A stretch of 64,000 bases of DNA from a bacterium (GTDB lineage Bacteria; Elusimicrobiota; Elusimicrobia; UBA1565; UBA9628). The notes below the pieces were generated by a model, which saw nothing but the letters and a program-made list of their open reading frames with translations, was not told where the DNA came from and did no database searches. Every line of letters begins with the position of its first letter. Within the stretch, counting starts at the first letter, position 1. Of the stretch, positions 44,901 to 52,593 are shown piece by piece. The stretch covers positions 3,432-67,431 of the forward strand of contig JAJXVH010000009.1 of the NCBI GenBank assembly GCA_021782205.1, in the 5' to 3' direction. Both the position numbers and the translations under genes were made by a program.

Positions 44901-47900
44901 GACCCCGATCTCCCAGCGCGTGTTCGACTTCCACTTCTTCCGCGATCCGCCGAACGGAAAATGGACCGTGACCGAGCAGGCCCGGCGCCAAGGCATCGAG
45001 AAGACCATGTTCGAGGCCGCCGGCGGCAAGAATGCCGATCCGCTGGTGTTCCAGAGCATCACGAAGATGGCGGACGGAGAGCTTTTCGCGCGCCGCTTGA
45101 AGGTCAACGACGAGGTCCGTCTTCTCGCGCATAAAAACTTCATCCGCGCCCTGCTAGACGACCCCGCGCGCGCCAAGGCCATACTGGAGGCCAAGCCGGG
45201 AGAGATCGTCGACGGCGTCGGAAGGATCACCCCGGAGATTCAAAAGGACGTCGCCGTCGCGCTGTATTCCTCGGACATCCAGATCGGCAAGGCGATGCCG
45301 CGGTCGCTGTCCGCCAGCGTGGACAAGGTGCTCAAGCCTTACCTGGAAGCCAATCTGATCACGCGCGAGCCCGCGCGCGAGCTGGACGCCGCCCTGCGCC
45401 GCCTCAAGCCGCGCGACGCGTTCTCCGGCGACAACGGCGTGCTGGCCAAGATTCGCGACGACGTGTCCGAGTGGCGCGTGAAGGGCGAACCCGAGGGAGT
45501 CGGCTACAAGGACTATCTTGAGGGCCTGCGCGCGCGCGTCAAGCAATGGGAGACCGACGGCACGGTCACGCCGCCGGAGGCCGACGTGCTGGCCAAGCTG
45601 GTCGACTACGTGGAGGCCATCGACCAGCGCTTCAACAGCTTCAACAGCGTGGAGAAAGCCTATGCGCTCGCCGACGAATCCCTGCAGGCCCTGATCACCG
45701 AGTTCCGCACGCGTCCGGCGCCGGCGTCCTTGCTCAACAGCTTCCAGACGAAGCTCGAGAATTGGAAAAAAGGCCGCCGTCCCGACGAGCCGGTCGCGGG
45801 CAAGACCGCCGACGGCTCCTTTGGGCGCTTGATCGCGGGCCTGCGCGAGGACCTGCAGTCCGCGCAGGGGCTGACCTCGGAAGAGCACACGAAGATCGTC
45901 CGCGCGATCGACGACATGGAGGCCTCGCCGTGGGCCCTGCACGACGCGAAGGGCACGGCGCTCAAGGGCTGGCGTCCGGAGCAGTTCGAGGCGCTGATGG
46001 GCGCCTTGACCGCGTTCGTGGCGCGGCGGCCGATGGGCTCCGTGCGCGTGTTCCAGATGCTCAAGACCGGCGGCGGCAAGACCTTCGTCGCCTTCGAGGG
46101 TCTTTTGCCGCTGGTGGAGGCTGACGCGCAGGCCACGGGCAAGAAGGTGGCGTTCCTGACGGTGCAGTCCAACCTGGAGGCCCAGGCCCGGATGGACTTC
46201 ATCGCCTACAAGAAGATCGGCTCGAAGCTGACGTTCGAGACCTACGAGAGCCTCAAGACCAAGGCCGCCGAGGGCAAGACCAAGGGCCGCAGCGCGCTGC
46301 GTGATTATTGGATCCTGGGCGACGAGATGGACGGCGCGGCCATGCAGCCCGCGCTGACCATCGGCCAGGTCTCCGGGCGCGTGTCGCGGCTGTCGCCGTT
46401 CTACGCGCGGGCCGACGCCCTGGACTTGAGCGTGCAGAGCCGGATCGATAGCGCGGCGTCTTCCCTGGGCATGCGCGCGCAGACCGCGGCGGGCCGCGCC
46501 CAACTGCTGACGGCGAACGTGCCGGGATTGGACGCGGCGGCGGTCAAGGCCGGATTCGACCGGCTGGACGAGGCTTCCGGCCGTCTGGCGCAGGCCGACG
46601 GTCCGCTGGATCGGTTCCTAGCCGAAACCGACGTGCGCGACGCCGCGGCCGGGCTTCAAGGCCTGCTGAGCTCGCCTTCGGCTTCGGGCCTGGACGCGCA
46701 GGCGCTCGCGCAGGCGCGCGGCGCGCTGAGCGACGTTACGGCCTCGCTCGACGCTCCGGCCGACGACGCGTCCTTGCGCGGCGGCGTGCTGGAGCAACTG
46801 ACCGGCAATCTGCGGCGGGAGAGCAACCTTCTTGATCTGGGCGGCGGCGAAGACGGACTTCTGCGGCTGACGCGCGACGCGGCCGTGCGTTCCGTGGAGT
46901 TGGGCGCGCGCATCGACAGCCTGAACGCGCAGGCGGACGCGGCGCAAGGCTCCTCGGCGCCGGGCGCCTCCAGCCGCGCGCAGGCCTTGCGCGACGAGGC
47001 GGCCCTGCTCGGCCGCGAGAAGGCGATGACCGACCGCTTCCAGGCGGTCGATGCGGGCCGGCGCCTGAGCGGCCTGCAGGACCGCGTGGCCGCCGCCGAG
47101 GCCGGGCCGGAGGCCCAGCGGCCCGTAGCACTTGCGGACTGGAAGGCGAAGGCCGCCGAGCTGGAAAACTCGCTGCCCGCGGACCTCCAGCCCGTCGCGC
47201 GCCGGCGGGCCGCGGCGCTGGCGCGAAGCTACGAGATCGGCGGGCGCGCGGCGGAGGTCGACGACGCGCTGATCGCCGCGCGGCGCGACGGCGGAGACAC
47301 GGCGGGACTTGAGGCGCGCAAGCAGGCCTTGGAGTCCGACTACTCGGCCGTGCGCGCCGAGGAGTCTCGCCTCAAGGGCGAGCTGGGGCGCGGCTCCGAG
47401 AGCGGGGACCTGGGCGGCCTGCTGAGGCGCATCGAGACCTTGCCGCGCGAGGGCCCCGGCGCGCGCGAGCGCGCGCGACTGATCGACAAGGCCCGCGCGC
47501 AGGTGCGCCGGAACTTGAGCGAGATCGGCGACGAGATCGCCGCGATCGTGCGCGAGGGCCAGCGCGGCTGGGAGGATCGCGCGCGCCGGCTCATGGAGGA
47601 GCGCCGCGCCTTGCTCAAGTCCTTCGCCGGCGACGAAAATCCGATGTATTCCGTGTTCCGAGCCATGAAGGAAGACATGCAGTCCTTCGCGATCAGCAAT
47701 CAGTTGCGCAGCCAGGACCCGGCCGAATATAAAGCCGCGCAGAAGCGCTTCGACAAGCTGGTCGACGGTGAGCGGCTGGGCGTGGGCGAGACGCTGAACC
47801 TGCTGTGGAGCCTTCTGCGTGGGCGCGAGCCGGACATCCCCGTGGCGCGCCTGGGCTTGACGCGCCTGCGCGCCATACAGCTGCTGCGCGCGCTGTCGGA

Positions 47901-49953
47901 AGATCCGACCATGCCCGGGCACCAGGCCGACGGGCTGTTCTGGAATTTGTTCACGTCCGCGCTGAATCCTGAGGGCCTGGGCGGACGCGGCTCCTGGGTG
48001 CGCCTGGAGCTCAAGCGACAGCTCGACGGCTTCTTCGAGGACCCGGCCGGAATCCGCCTGGACAACCGCACCGGCCGCATCAACGTCGTCCACAACGGCC
48101 AGTGGTTCGAGTCGATGGACAACGAGACGCGCCGCTATTGGGAACTGGCCTACGGCACCGACCTGACCTTGCCCTACACGCACCAGTCCATCAGCACCAT
48201 CAAGGACCTGACCACGGACAAAGAGACGAACTTCATCTCCTTCTCGGGCACGGCGGGCGACAAGCTGCGCGAGCACTTCAAGAAGAACGACATCATGATG
48301 GTGGGCCAAGGCTCCACGCCGCCGCCGAACGTGGGCGTGGAGCTGACGGCACGGCCGGTGGACAGCTATGCGCGCATCGGGCGCGCGCTGGCCGACCTGG
48401 ATTCGGCGCGCGGCCAGGTGGTGGTGCCGGACTTGAAGCAGGCGCCGCTGGAAGTGCGCGAGGCGCTGGTCGACCGCGCCGGCGGCGTTCTGCCCAAGCC
48501 GGTGGAACTGCGCTTGGACGCTTTCGCGGGCGAGGGGGCCGCCGCGGACCGGGCCTGGCTTGAGCAGCACGGCCGTTCCGCCAGCGACGGCGCGGTCGCG
48601 CTCGGCGACGTCAAGGGCGCCCCGGAGGACGTGCGCCTGGCCGCGCTCGACGCGTTGAGCGGGCCGGCGACGCTGACGTTGTCCGATTTCGCCCGGCAGG
48701 CCGAGGGCGCCGCCGCCCACGACGACCCGCGCGCCGGCGTCTACGAGAAGGCCCTGGGTCAACTGCGCGATTTGCGCGCCGGCACCGGCGACGCCGACGG
48801 CGTGGTCCTGCGCGTCGCCGCCGATGGAGCCGTCCCCGCCGATGAGATTCCCGCCGACGTCCGGCCCACGATCGACGCCTACCTGTCCAATCCGAAGTTC
48901 AAGGGCAAGGACTCCGTCGTGGTGCGCGTCTCCGACGTGCGCGGCAAGACCGCCGCGGACACCGCCGCGGCCCGCCAGTGGCTGCTGGACCTGCGCCGGA
49001 CCGTGAGCGTCAATCCCGGCGATATTCCCGAAGGCGCGCGCCCCGCGCTCGAAAAATACCTCTCCGCGCCGCGTTACAAGGGCGTCAAGGCACCCGTGGT
49101 GCGCGTGGCCGACGTGCGCGCCGGCGACGGCGTCAGCGAGGCGCAGGCCGAGGCCGCGCGCGCCTGGCTGAGGACGCAGCCCGACTCCCAGGAGTCCGGC
49201 CTGATGGTCTTGAGCGTCTCCGACACGCGCGTGCTCAAGACCGTGCGCGACTACTTGATCCGCGTGAAGGGCCTCAAGCCCGACGAGATAGCGATGGTCT
49301 TCTCGGACACCGAATATCTGCGCAACAACGTGCCCGAGGCGCGCGTGGCCGAGCAGATGAACCTGGGCGCGCTGGACACGGGCCGCGCGCGCGTCTTGAT
49401 CCTGGACACGCGCGTGGGCGGCCGCGGCCTGGACCTGAACTTCAAGGGCCAGCGCGGCAGCGCCGTGCCGGAGGCCTTCCGCGGCTACACCGATTTCGAG
49501 ATGCTGATCGTCGACCCGCACAAGATGTCCTCGGTCCACCTCCTGCAGGCCGAGGGCCGCATCGACGTGGGCCGCGTTCTGCCCAACGCCGACCGGTCCT
49601 TCTCCCTGGTCATGGACATGGACTCCGTGGCCGGCTACCGGGTGTTCCGCGACATGCTGGCCAAGGATCCGTTCTTCACTCAACTGCGCGCCGACCCGCG
49701 CTTCGTCGCCTTCGTCAAGGCGCGCGGCGGAGTTCCGGACTGGGCCGCTTGCGACGCCTACGTCCGCCTGCGCGCCGCCCAGGGCGGCGACGAGGGCGCG
49801 GCCCTGGCCGCCGACTACGCCGCCGCCGTGAAGAAAGCGCTCGACATCCAGCAGGCCCAGGTCGAGGAGGGCCAACTGCGCTCTTCCTCGGTGCTCAACG
49901 ACGGACGGCCGACCACCAACGGGCTGTTCCCCGGCATCGAAGGGCTGAAGTAG
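41971..49953 (+). CDS. Giant (2660 aa) signal-peptide protein containing a split SecA-like DEAD/SF2 ATPase motor
   Basis: Signal peptide MNRLARRLLAVSVAAALASGSWPAAAFAD. NBD1-like VFQMLKTGGGKTFVAFEGLLPLVEADAQATGKKVAFLTVQSNLEAQARMDF and YWILGDEMDGAAMQPALTIG (46040-46380). NBD2-like RVLILDTRVGGRGLDLNFKG, MLIVDPHKMSSVHLLQAEGRIDVGR, RSFSLVMDMDS (49190-49640). Confidence 0.8.
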   Translation: MNRLARRLLAVSVAAALASGSWPAAAFADTTSSVSPAQALAQMKAWGVYQGDGDVLKSYLGDSHKLTPIGQAIYDALSPRDNPVDAAAALQPTLQTLRGNGPYTPTSAKAAAKLIGTVQQQIAGLPAPADPAAASAEDEFRRGALAQAALSGAAVVDPPNAASMVRVQTPDGTEFYDKKGDLVYVMNAAQTTTYNRALQKQQHAMNQAPQVGAPFVPETGRYNRQMFDYSYAAVDNQYNALMDGLRRDRMIELADLLGKTGQYRDDMWFTDKTLEADLIAQAKKKTYSSGGKTYSVYDIVEADFRARAKYLAQARADIDAYKRDVAALLGSLSKNPVVSDGAVKSLALDEQVARVALTRAVLETQEYYVKNQENRLDPSSPDSKQLMDALEKLNVPLQMKVLYKQRGRDMIAQLQQVRAQLDRVRLLLDKTDPSASLDTANALLTASQTTLGTISTDYSIYVEVPTVASLTQEQTGVGVVDKGIAWAAHKLGAQAPGMNWSYWLYGRVDGGYRANMNTLAADTPKFQAIMGQIAGGDMAGARRAVIAMNPDAASTHFSAALFGDQPKRVTDDVKIAASLTANRDRIVSVFTTNKWIDTGRSLVEWSVAIGLGGGVAARGLTGLAKGLDATGLTVAGEDAGVMRQVLARTSIITREVALHTAARLTTLQSESSLAMTGRIENGAVRYLAESGVRTLNAAARQATFTAMSSGISGGFMLGQHLYQDATGGHSVYTSDLSGAAQAVWTGAKGGAWWANESWHPMLNYVGVPSSAFAGTRLAAAMDVLGSRGVVDTAWSGLGGLASWVMPTAVKLAGEDSALAGAMTQANSVLWPAVEGGAGKGLIDRLAEQGVAGKIAAFPLSMADNVAKYALVSDAASGIGHWVAYNAPSVSLPGVGQVTWGSSADVETRIKGANQTGQELMNAPIWLALPTFSAHAALEAAPFMGGAEGMRQYDAAGRTHEYANAESGQELPFLETPKTPISQRVFDFHFFRDPPNGKWTVTEQARRQGIEKTMFEAAGGKNADPLVFQSITKMADGELFARRLKVNDEVRLLAHKNFIRALLDDPARAKAILEAKPGEIVDGVGRITPEIQKDVAVALYSSDIQIGKAMPRSLSASVDKVLKPYLEANLITREPARELDAALRRLKPRDAFSGDNGVLAKIRDDVSEWRVKGEPEGVGYKDYLEGLRARVKQWETDGTVTPPEADVLAKLVDYVEAIDQRFNSFNSVEKAYALADESLQALITEFRTRPAPASLLNSFQTKLENWKKGRRPDEPVAGKTADGSFGRLIAGLREDLQSAQGLTSEEHTKIVRAIDDMEASPWALHDAKGTALKGWRPEQFEALMGALTAFVARRPMGSVRVFQMLKTGGGKTFVAFEGLLPLVEADAQATGKKVAFLTVQSNLEAQARMDFIAYKKIGSKLTFETYESLKTKAAEGKTKGRSALRDYWILGDEMDGAAMQPALTIGQVSGRVSRLSPFYARADALDLSVQSRIDSAASSLGMRAQTAAGRAQLLTANVPGLDAAAVKAGFDRLDEASGRLAQADGPLDRFLAETDVRDAAAGLQGLLSSPSASGLDAQALAQARGALSDVTASLDAPADDASLRGGVLEQLTGNLRRESNLLDLGGGEDGLLRLTRDAAVRSVELGARIDSLNAQADAAQGSSAPGASSRAQALRDEAALLGREKAMTDRFQAVDAGRRLSGLQDRVAAAEAGPEAQRPVALADWKAKAAELENSLPADLQPVARRRAAALARSYEIGGRAAEVDDALIAARRDGGDTAGLEARKQALESDYSAVRAEESRLKGELGRGSESGDLGGLLRRIETLPREGPGARERARLIDKARAQVRRNLSEIGDEIAAIVREGQRGWEDRARRLMEERRALLKSFAGDENPMYSVFRAMKEDMQSFAISNQLRSQDPAEYKAAQKRFDKLVDGERLGVGETLNLLWSLLRGREPDIPVARLGLTRLRAIQLLRALSEDPTMPGHQADGLFWNLFTSALNPEGLGGRGSWVRLELKRQLDGFFEDPAGIRLDNRTGRINVVHNGQWFESMDNETRRYWELAYGTDLTLPYTHQSISTIKDLTTDKETNFISFSGTAGDKLREHFKKNDIMMVGQGSTPPPNVGVELTARPVDSYARIGRALADLDSARGQVVVPDLKQAPLEVREALVDRAGGVLPKPVELRLDAFAGEGAAADRAWLEQHGRSASDGAVALGDVKGAPEDVRLAALDALSGPATLTLSDFARQAEGAAAHDDPRAGVYEKALGQLRDLRAGTGDADGVVLRVAADGAVPADEIPADVRPTIDAYLSNPKFKGKDSVVVRVSDVRGKTAADTAAARQWLLDLRRTVSVNPGDIPEGARPALEKYLSAPRYKGVKAPVVRVADVRAGDGVSEAQAEAARAWLRTQPDSQESGLMVLSVSDTRVLKTVRDYLIRVKGLKPDEIAMVFSDTEYLRNNVPEARVAEQMNLGALDTGRARVLILDTRVGGRGLDLNFKGQRGSAVPEAFRGYTDFEMLIVDPHKMSSVHLLQAEGRIDVGRVLPNADRSFSLVMDMDSVAGYRVFRDMLAKDPFFTQLRADPRFVAFVKARGGVPDWAACDAYVRLRAAQGGDEGAALAADYAAAVKKALDIQQAQVEEGQLRSSSVLNDGRPTTNGLFPGIEGLK
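48410..49190 (+). repeat. Four tandem protein-level repeats of about 55-65 aa inside the giant SecA-like ORF
   Basis: IPADVRPTIDAYLSNPKFKGKDSVVVRVSDVRGKTAADTAAARQWLLDL versus IPEGARPALEKYLSAPRYKGVKAPVVRVADVRAGDGVSEAQAEAARAWLRTQ. Two more divergent copies lie upstream (APLEVREALVDRAGG...ADRAWLEQ; APEDVRLAALDAL...). Confidence 0.5.
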
Positions 49954-50094
49954 CGCGAAGCGGCGCACTTGATTCCAGGATGGGGAGTGAACTGAGTAGG
50001 GTCAGGCGGCCGATTTCCCAATTCTACAGAATCCGTTTCTGGTTGCCGCCCCAGAATATTAACGGCGCACAATCGATTCTGCGAATGGTGTGAT

Positions 50095-50541
50095 ATGGGG
50101 GCTAAAATGGAAGTTCACGACTGGATTACAATCACCTCAGTAATAATAGCCGGCGCTGGTTGGTTCGTAAACGGTTGGCTGAGTCGCCGGCACGAGATTG
50201 CAAAGAGGCGCATGGATTTTCGTCTCAACGCCCTCTGTTCGTTTTTGCCCGTTCTGTTCGCGATCAAGGAAGATCGGACGCAGGATGATCGATTCGCAAG
50301 AGATATCGCTGCCTGTCGAACCAACTTTCAACTTTACTGTTTCGGAAATGAAGTGGAAGAATTTGAAAAACTCATCACGGCTATTGAGTCGAAGCAGCAT
50401 AAAAACTTTAAAGAGTTGCTATTGAAAGTCACGCATATGGTCAGAAACCAGGTTAGGAAGCAGCTCGGCCTGGATGAATTTATGCCAAAAAAGAGTCCAG
50501 GTGGGTCAAGTAGTTGCTCGCGATCAAGTTGCGGCTCCTGA
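50095..50541 (+). CDS. Hypothetical membrane-anchored protein in a visibly AT-richer segment
   Basis: N-terminal TM WITITSVIIAGAGWFVNGWL. Its codon usage is atypical for the window. No family recognised. Confidence 0.45.
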   Translation: MGAKMEVHDWITITSVIIAGAGWFVNGWLSRRHEIAKRRMDFRLNALCSFLPVLFAIKEDRTQDDRFARDIAACRTNFQLYCFGNEVEEFEKLITAIESKQHKNFKELLLKVTHMVRNQVRKQLGLDEFMPKKSPGGSSSCSRSSCGS

Positions 50542-50574
50542 GGCAGGCCGTGCCCCCTGAAACTTGGCCGTTGC

Positions 50575-50800
50575 GTGTTGCGACTGCTGCGCTGGATCGA
50601 TGTGCGGCGCTTCTGGGCGCTGGACGAGTCGGCGACCTTCCTGAACCACGGTTCGTTTGGCTCGTGCCCCATTCCAGTGCTCGAGGTGCAGTCCGAGCTG
50701 CGACGGAGGACGGAAGCCGAGCCGGTTCATTTTCTTGACGGCGAGCTCGAATATCTGCTCGACGCGGCGCGCGCGGCGCTGGGGAACTTCGTCGGCGCGC
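50575..50800 (+). pseudogene. N-terminal remnant of a class-V aminotransferase (isopenicillin-N-epimerase/cysteine-desulfurase-like)
   Basis: FWALDESATFLNHGSFGSCPIPVLEVQSELRRRTEAEPVHFLDGELEYLLDAARAALGNFVGA matches the family's N-terminus as I recall it. Sense is lost after about 50800, and neither the PLP-lysine region nor the rest of the fold follows. Confidence 0.55.
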
Positions 50801-50918
50801 AGATTTCGACTATCAGCATCCTATCGTTACGCCCGGTCAGCCTGGCTTGTCCTGCGGGCCGACCTGCTGAGTTCGGGACGCTCGCTTCTGAGCGAGGGGC
50901 GGCGGCGCAACGACATCG

Positions 50919-51176
50919 TTATAGGTTCCTGTACGTTCCTTCGTTGCGTCGCAAGACGCGCAGAATCGTGACCAGTTCCTCGGCATCCTGAATCGCATAC
51001 AAGACGCGCCAATCACCCACGCGTATGCGATGAAGCGCGTCCTTCAGTTTCTTGACTCCCGGCGGACGAGGATTTGATGCCAGCGCGAGGACGTGCTTCT
51101 CGATCCTGAGAAGGTCCGCTCCCTCTATCCGGTCCAAATCGCGTCGGGCGGTTTTTGCGAGGTCGACGCTATACAC
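50919..51176 (-). CDS. RelE/ParE-family type II toxin
   Basis: MYSVDLAKTARRDLDRI...NPRPPGVKKLKDALHRIRVGDWRVLYAIQDAEELVTILRVLRRNEGY-type pattern. It overlaps the upstream antitoxin gene by 8 nt. Confidence 0.8.
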   Translation of the reverse strand: MYSVDLAKTARRDLDRIEGADLLRIEKHVLALASNPRPPGVKKLKDALHRIRVGDWRVLYAIQDAEELVTILRVLRRNEGTYRNL

Positions 51177-51405
51177 GGCTCTTCGCGCGCTTGGAGAAGT
51201 ATTCCCGAGCGGAAATCGTCTTGTCCTCGACCTTGGAGTGGGTCGTCCATGCCTCGCGTGCCGCGCGCAGATCGGAGAGGTCGTCTTTGTAGAGGCGCTC
51301 CGCTGCTTCGCGTAGAAGGTCGGCCATGGAACAGCGCCGCTCGATGGCGAGATGCTTCAAATTGGCGTGAAGATCTTGGGGTAAGAAAATCGTGGTTCTA
51401 ATCAT
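51169..51405 (-). CDS. Ribbon-helix-helix (CopG-like) antitoxin
   Basis: MIRTTIFLPQDLHANLKHLAIERRCSMADLLREAAERLY. Start set at ATG 51405, since the promoter lies inside the track's longer ORF. Confidence 0.7.
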   Translation of the reverse strand: MIRTTIFLPQDLHANLKHLAIERRCSMADLLREAAERLYKDDLSDLRAAREAWTTHSKVEDKTISAREYFSKRAKSRV

Positions 51406-51411
51406 TCTGTA

Positions 51412-51440
51412 AGTATAACATATAAACATATATATGTCAA
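51412..51440 (-). promoter_or_regulatory. Sigma70 promoter (minus strand): TTGACA, N17, TATACT; ATG 6 nt downstream. The spacer contains the palindrome CATATATATG (51427-51436) and ACATATA repeats.
   Basis: The minus strand reads TTGACAtatatatgtttatatgtTATACTtacagaATG. Confidence 0.55.
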
Positions 51441-51521
51441 CGCGGGCGCGGGGCCGGGTGTCGCCGTGATTGTTGATCCGAGACCGCTTCGGATGCGGCC
51501 TTTTTCGTAGAATCGACGCCC

Positions 51522-52553
51522 ATGGACCAGCTTCGCGACGTGCGGCGGCGCCTGCTGGGGGTCGCGTCCCTGCTGGTCGCGTGCCTGATCACGGGCACGC
51601 TCGGCTACCGGCTGGTCGAGGGCTGGAGCCTGTTCGACGGGCTCTACATGACGGTGATCACTTTGGCCACGGTCGGTTACGGCGAGACGCACCCGCTGTC
51701 GACGGCCGGCCGGGCCTTCACGATGCTGTTGATCCTGGGCGGCATCGGCGTGGTCGCCTACGCTTTCTCCACGATCACGGCCATCGTCGTGGAAGGGGAA
51801 CTCACCAAGGCGCTGCGCAGGAGGCGTATGGACAAGAACATTGCCGGGCTGGAAGGGCACTTCATCGTGTGCGGCGCGGGACACACCGGCGGCGTCATCT
51901 GCGCGGAACTGCTCAAGACCGGGCGTCAGTTCGTGGTCGTCGACCGCGACGCGTCGGCCATCGACCGCCTGGTCGCGCGGCTGGGCGCGGACGTGCCGCG
52001 GCTGGTCGGCGACGGCTCCGAGGACGAGGTCCTGCGCCGCGCCGGCATCGAGCGCGCCGCGGGCGTGTTCGCGGTGCTGGCCACCGACCAGGACAACGCG
52101 TTCGTGGTCCTGAGCGCCAAGGGCCTCAACCCGAAGGCGCGCGTGCTGGCCTGCCAGAAGACCATCGGCGTGCGCGACAAGCTTCTGCGCAGCGGCGCCG
52201 ACGGCGTGGTCGACCCGGAGTTCATCGGCGGCATGCGCCTGGCCTCGGAGATGATCCGGCCGGCCACCGTTGGTTTCCTCGACGCGATGCTGCGCGAGCG
52301 CAGCGTGCACGTGCGCTTCGACGAGATCGTCGTGGGCGAAGGCTCGCCCGCCGTGGGCCGCTCCGTTGATGAGCTGCGCGGCTCGGGCGCGGGCCCGCTG
52401 CTGGTCGCGGTCGTGGCCGCGTCCTCGGATAATTACGAGATCAATCCGCCGCCGCGGCGCCTGGTGCGCGCGGGAGATCGCCTGGTGCTGATCGGCGAAA
52501 CCGCGGCGCTGCAGGCGCTGCGCGAGCGGCTGGCGCAATCCCAACACCATTAA
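51522..52553 (+). CDS. Two-TM K+ channel with cytoplasmic RCK (TrkA-N/TrkA-C) domains (MthK-like)
   Basis: Selectivity filter TLATVGYGETHP. Rossmann motif HFIVCGAGHTGGVICAELLKTGRQFVVVDRD. C-terminal TrkA-C-like region. Confidence 0.8.
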   Translation: MDQLRDVRRRLLGVASLLVACLITGTLGYRLVEGWSLFDGLYMTVITLATVGYGETHPLSTAGRAFTMLLILGGIGVVAYAFSTITAIVVEGELTKALRRRRMDKNIAGLEGHFIVCGAGHTGGVICAELLKTGRQFVVVDRDASAIDRLVARLGADVPRLVGDGSEDEVLRRAGIERAAGVFAVLATDQDNAFVVLSAKGLNPKARVLACQKTIGVRDKLLRSGADGVVDPEFIGGMRLASEMIRPATVGFLDAMLRERSVHVRFDEIVVGEGSPAVGRSVDELRGSGAGPLLVAVVAASSDNYEINPPPRRLVRAGDRLVLIGETAALQALRERLAQSQHH

Positions 52554-52564
52554 AAGCCTGGCAC
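52554..52564. repeat. 11-bp direct repeat AAGCCTGGCAC, left copy
   Basis: Sits immediately after the TAA stop of the K+ channel gene. An identical copy lies at 53493-53503. Confidence 0.5.
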
Positions 52565-52593
52565 TGGCTGAATTTATTTTGTAAGATCGCAGG

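Noticed and set aside
42148-49968. 994-aa, 449-aa and 1116-aa minus-strand ORFs opposite the 2660-aa gene
   Set aside because: They have the same shadow-frame composition (Arg/Gly/His/Asp-rich). The + strand ORF has a signal peptide, ATPase motifs and internal repeats.
52559-52564. TGGCAC in the 11-bp repeat as a sigma54 -24 element
   Set aside because: No TTGC(A/T) -12 element at the required spacing downstream of either copy.
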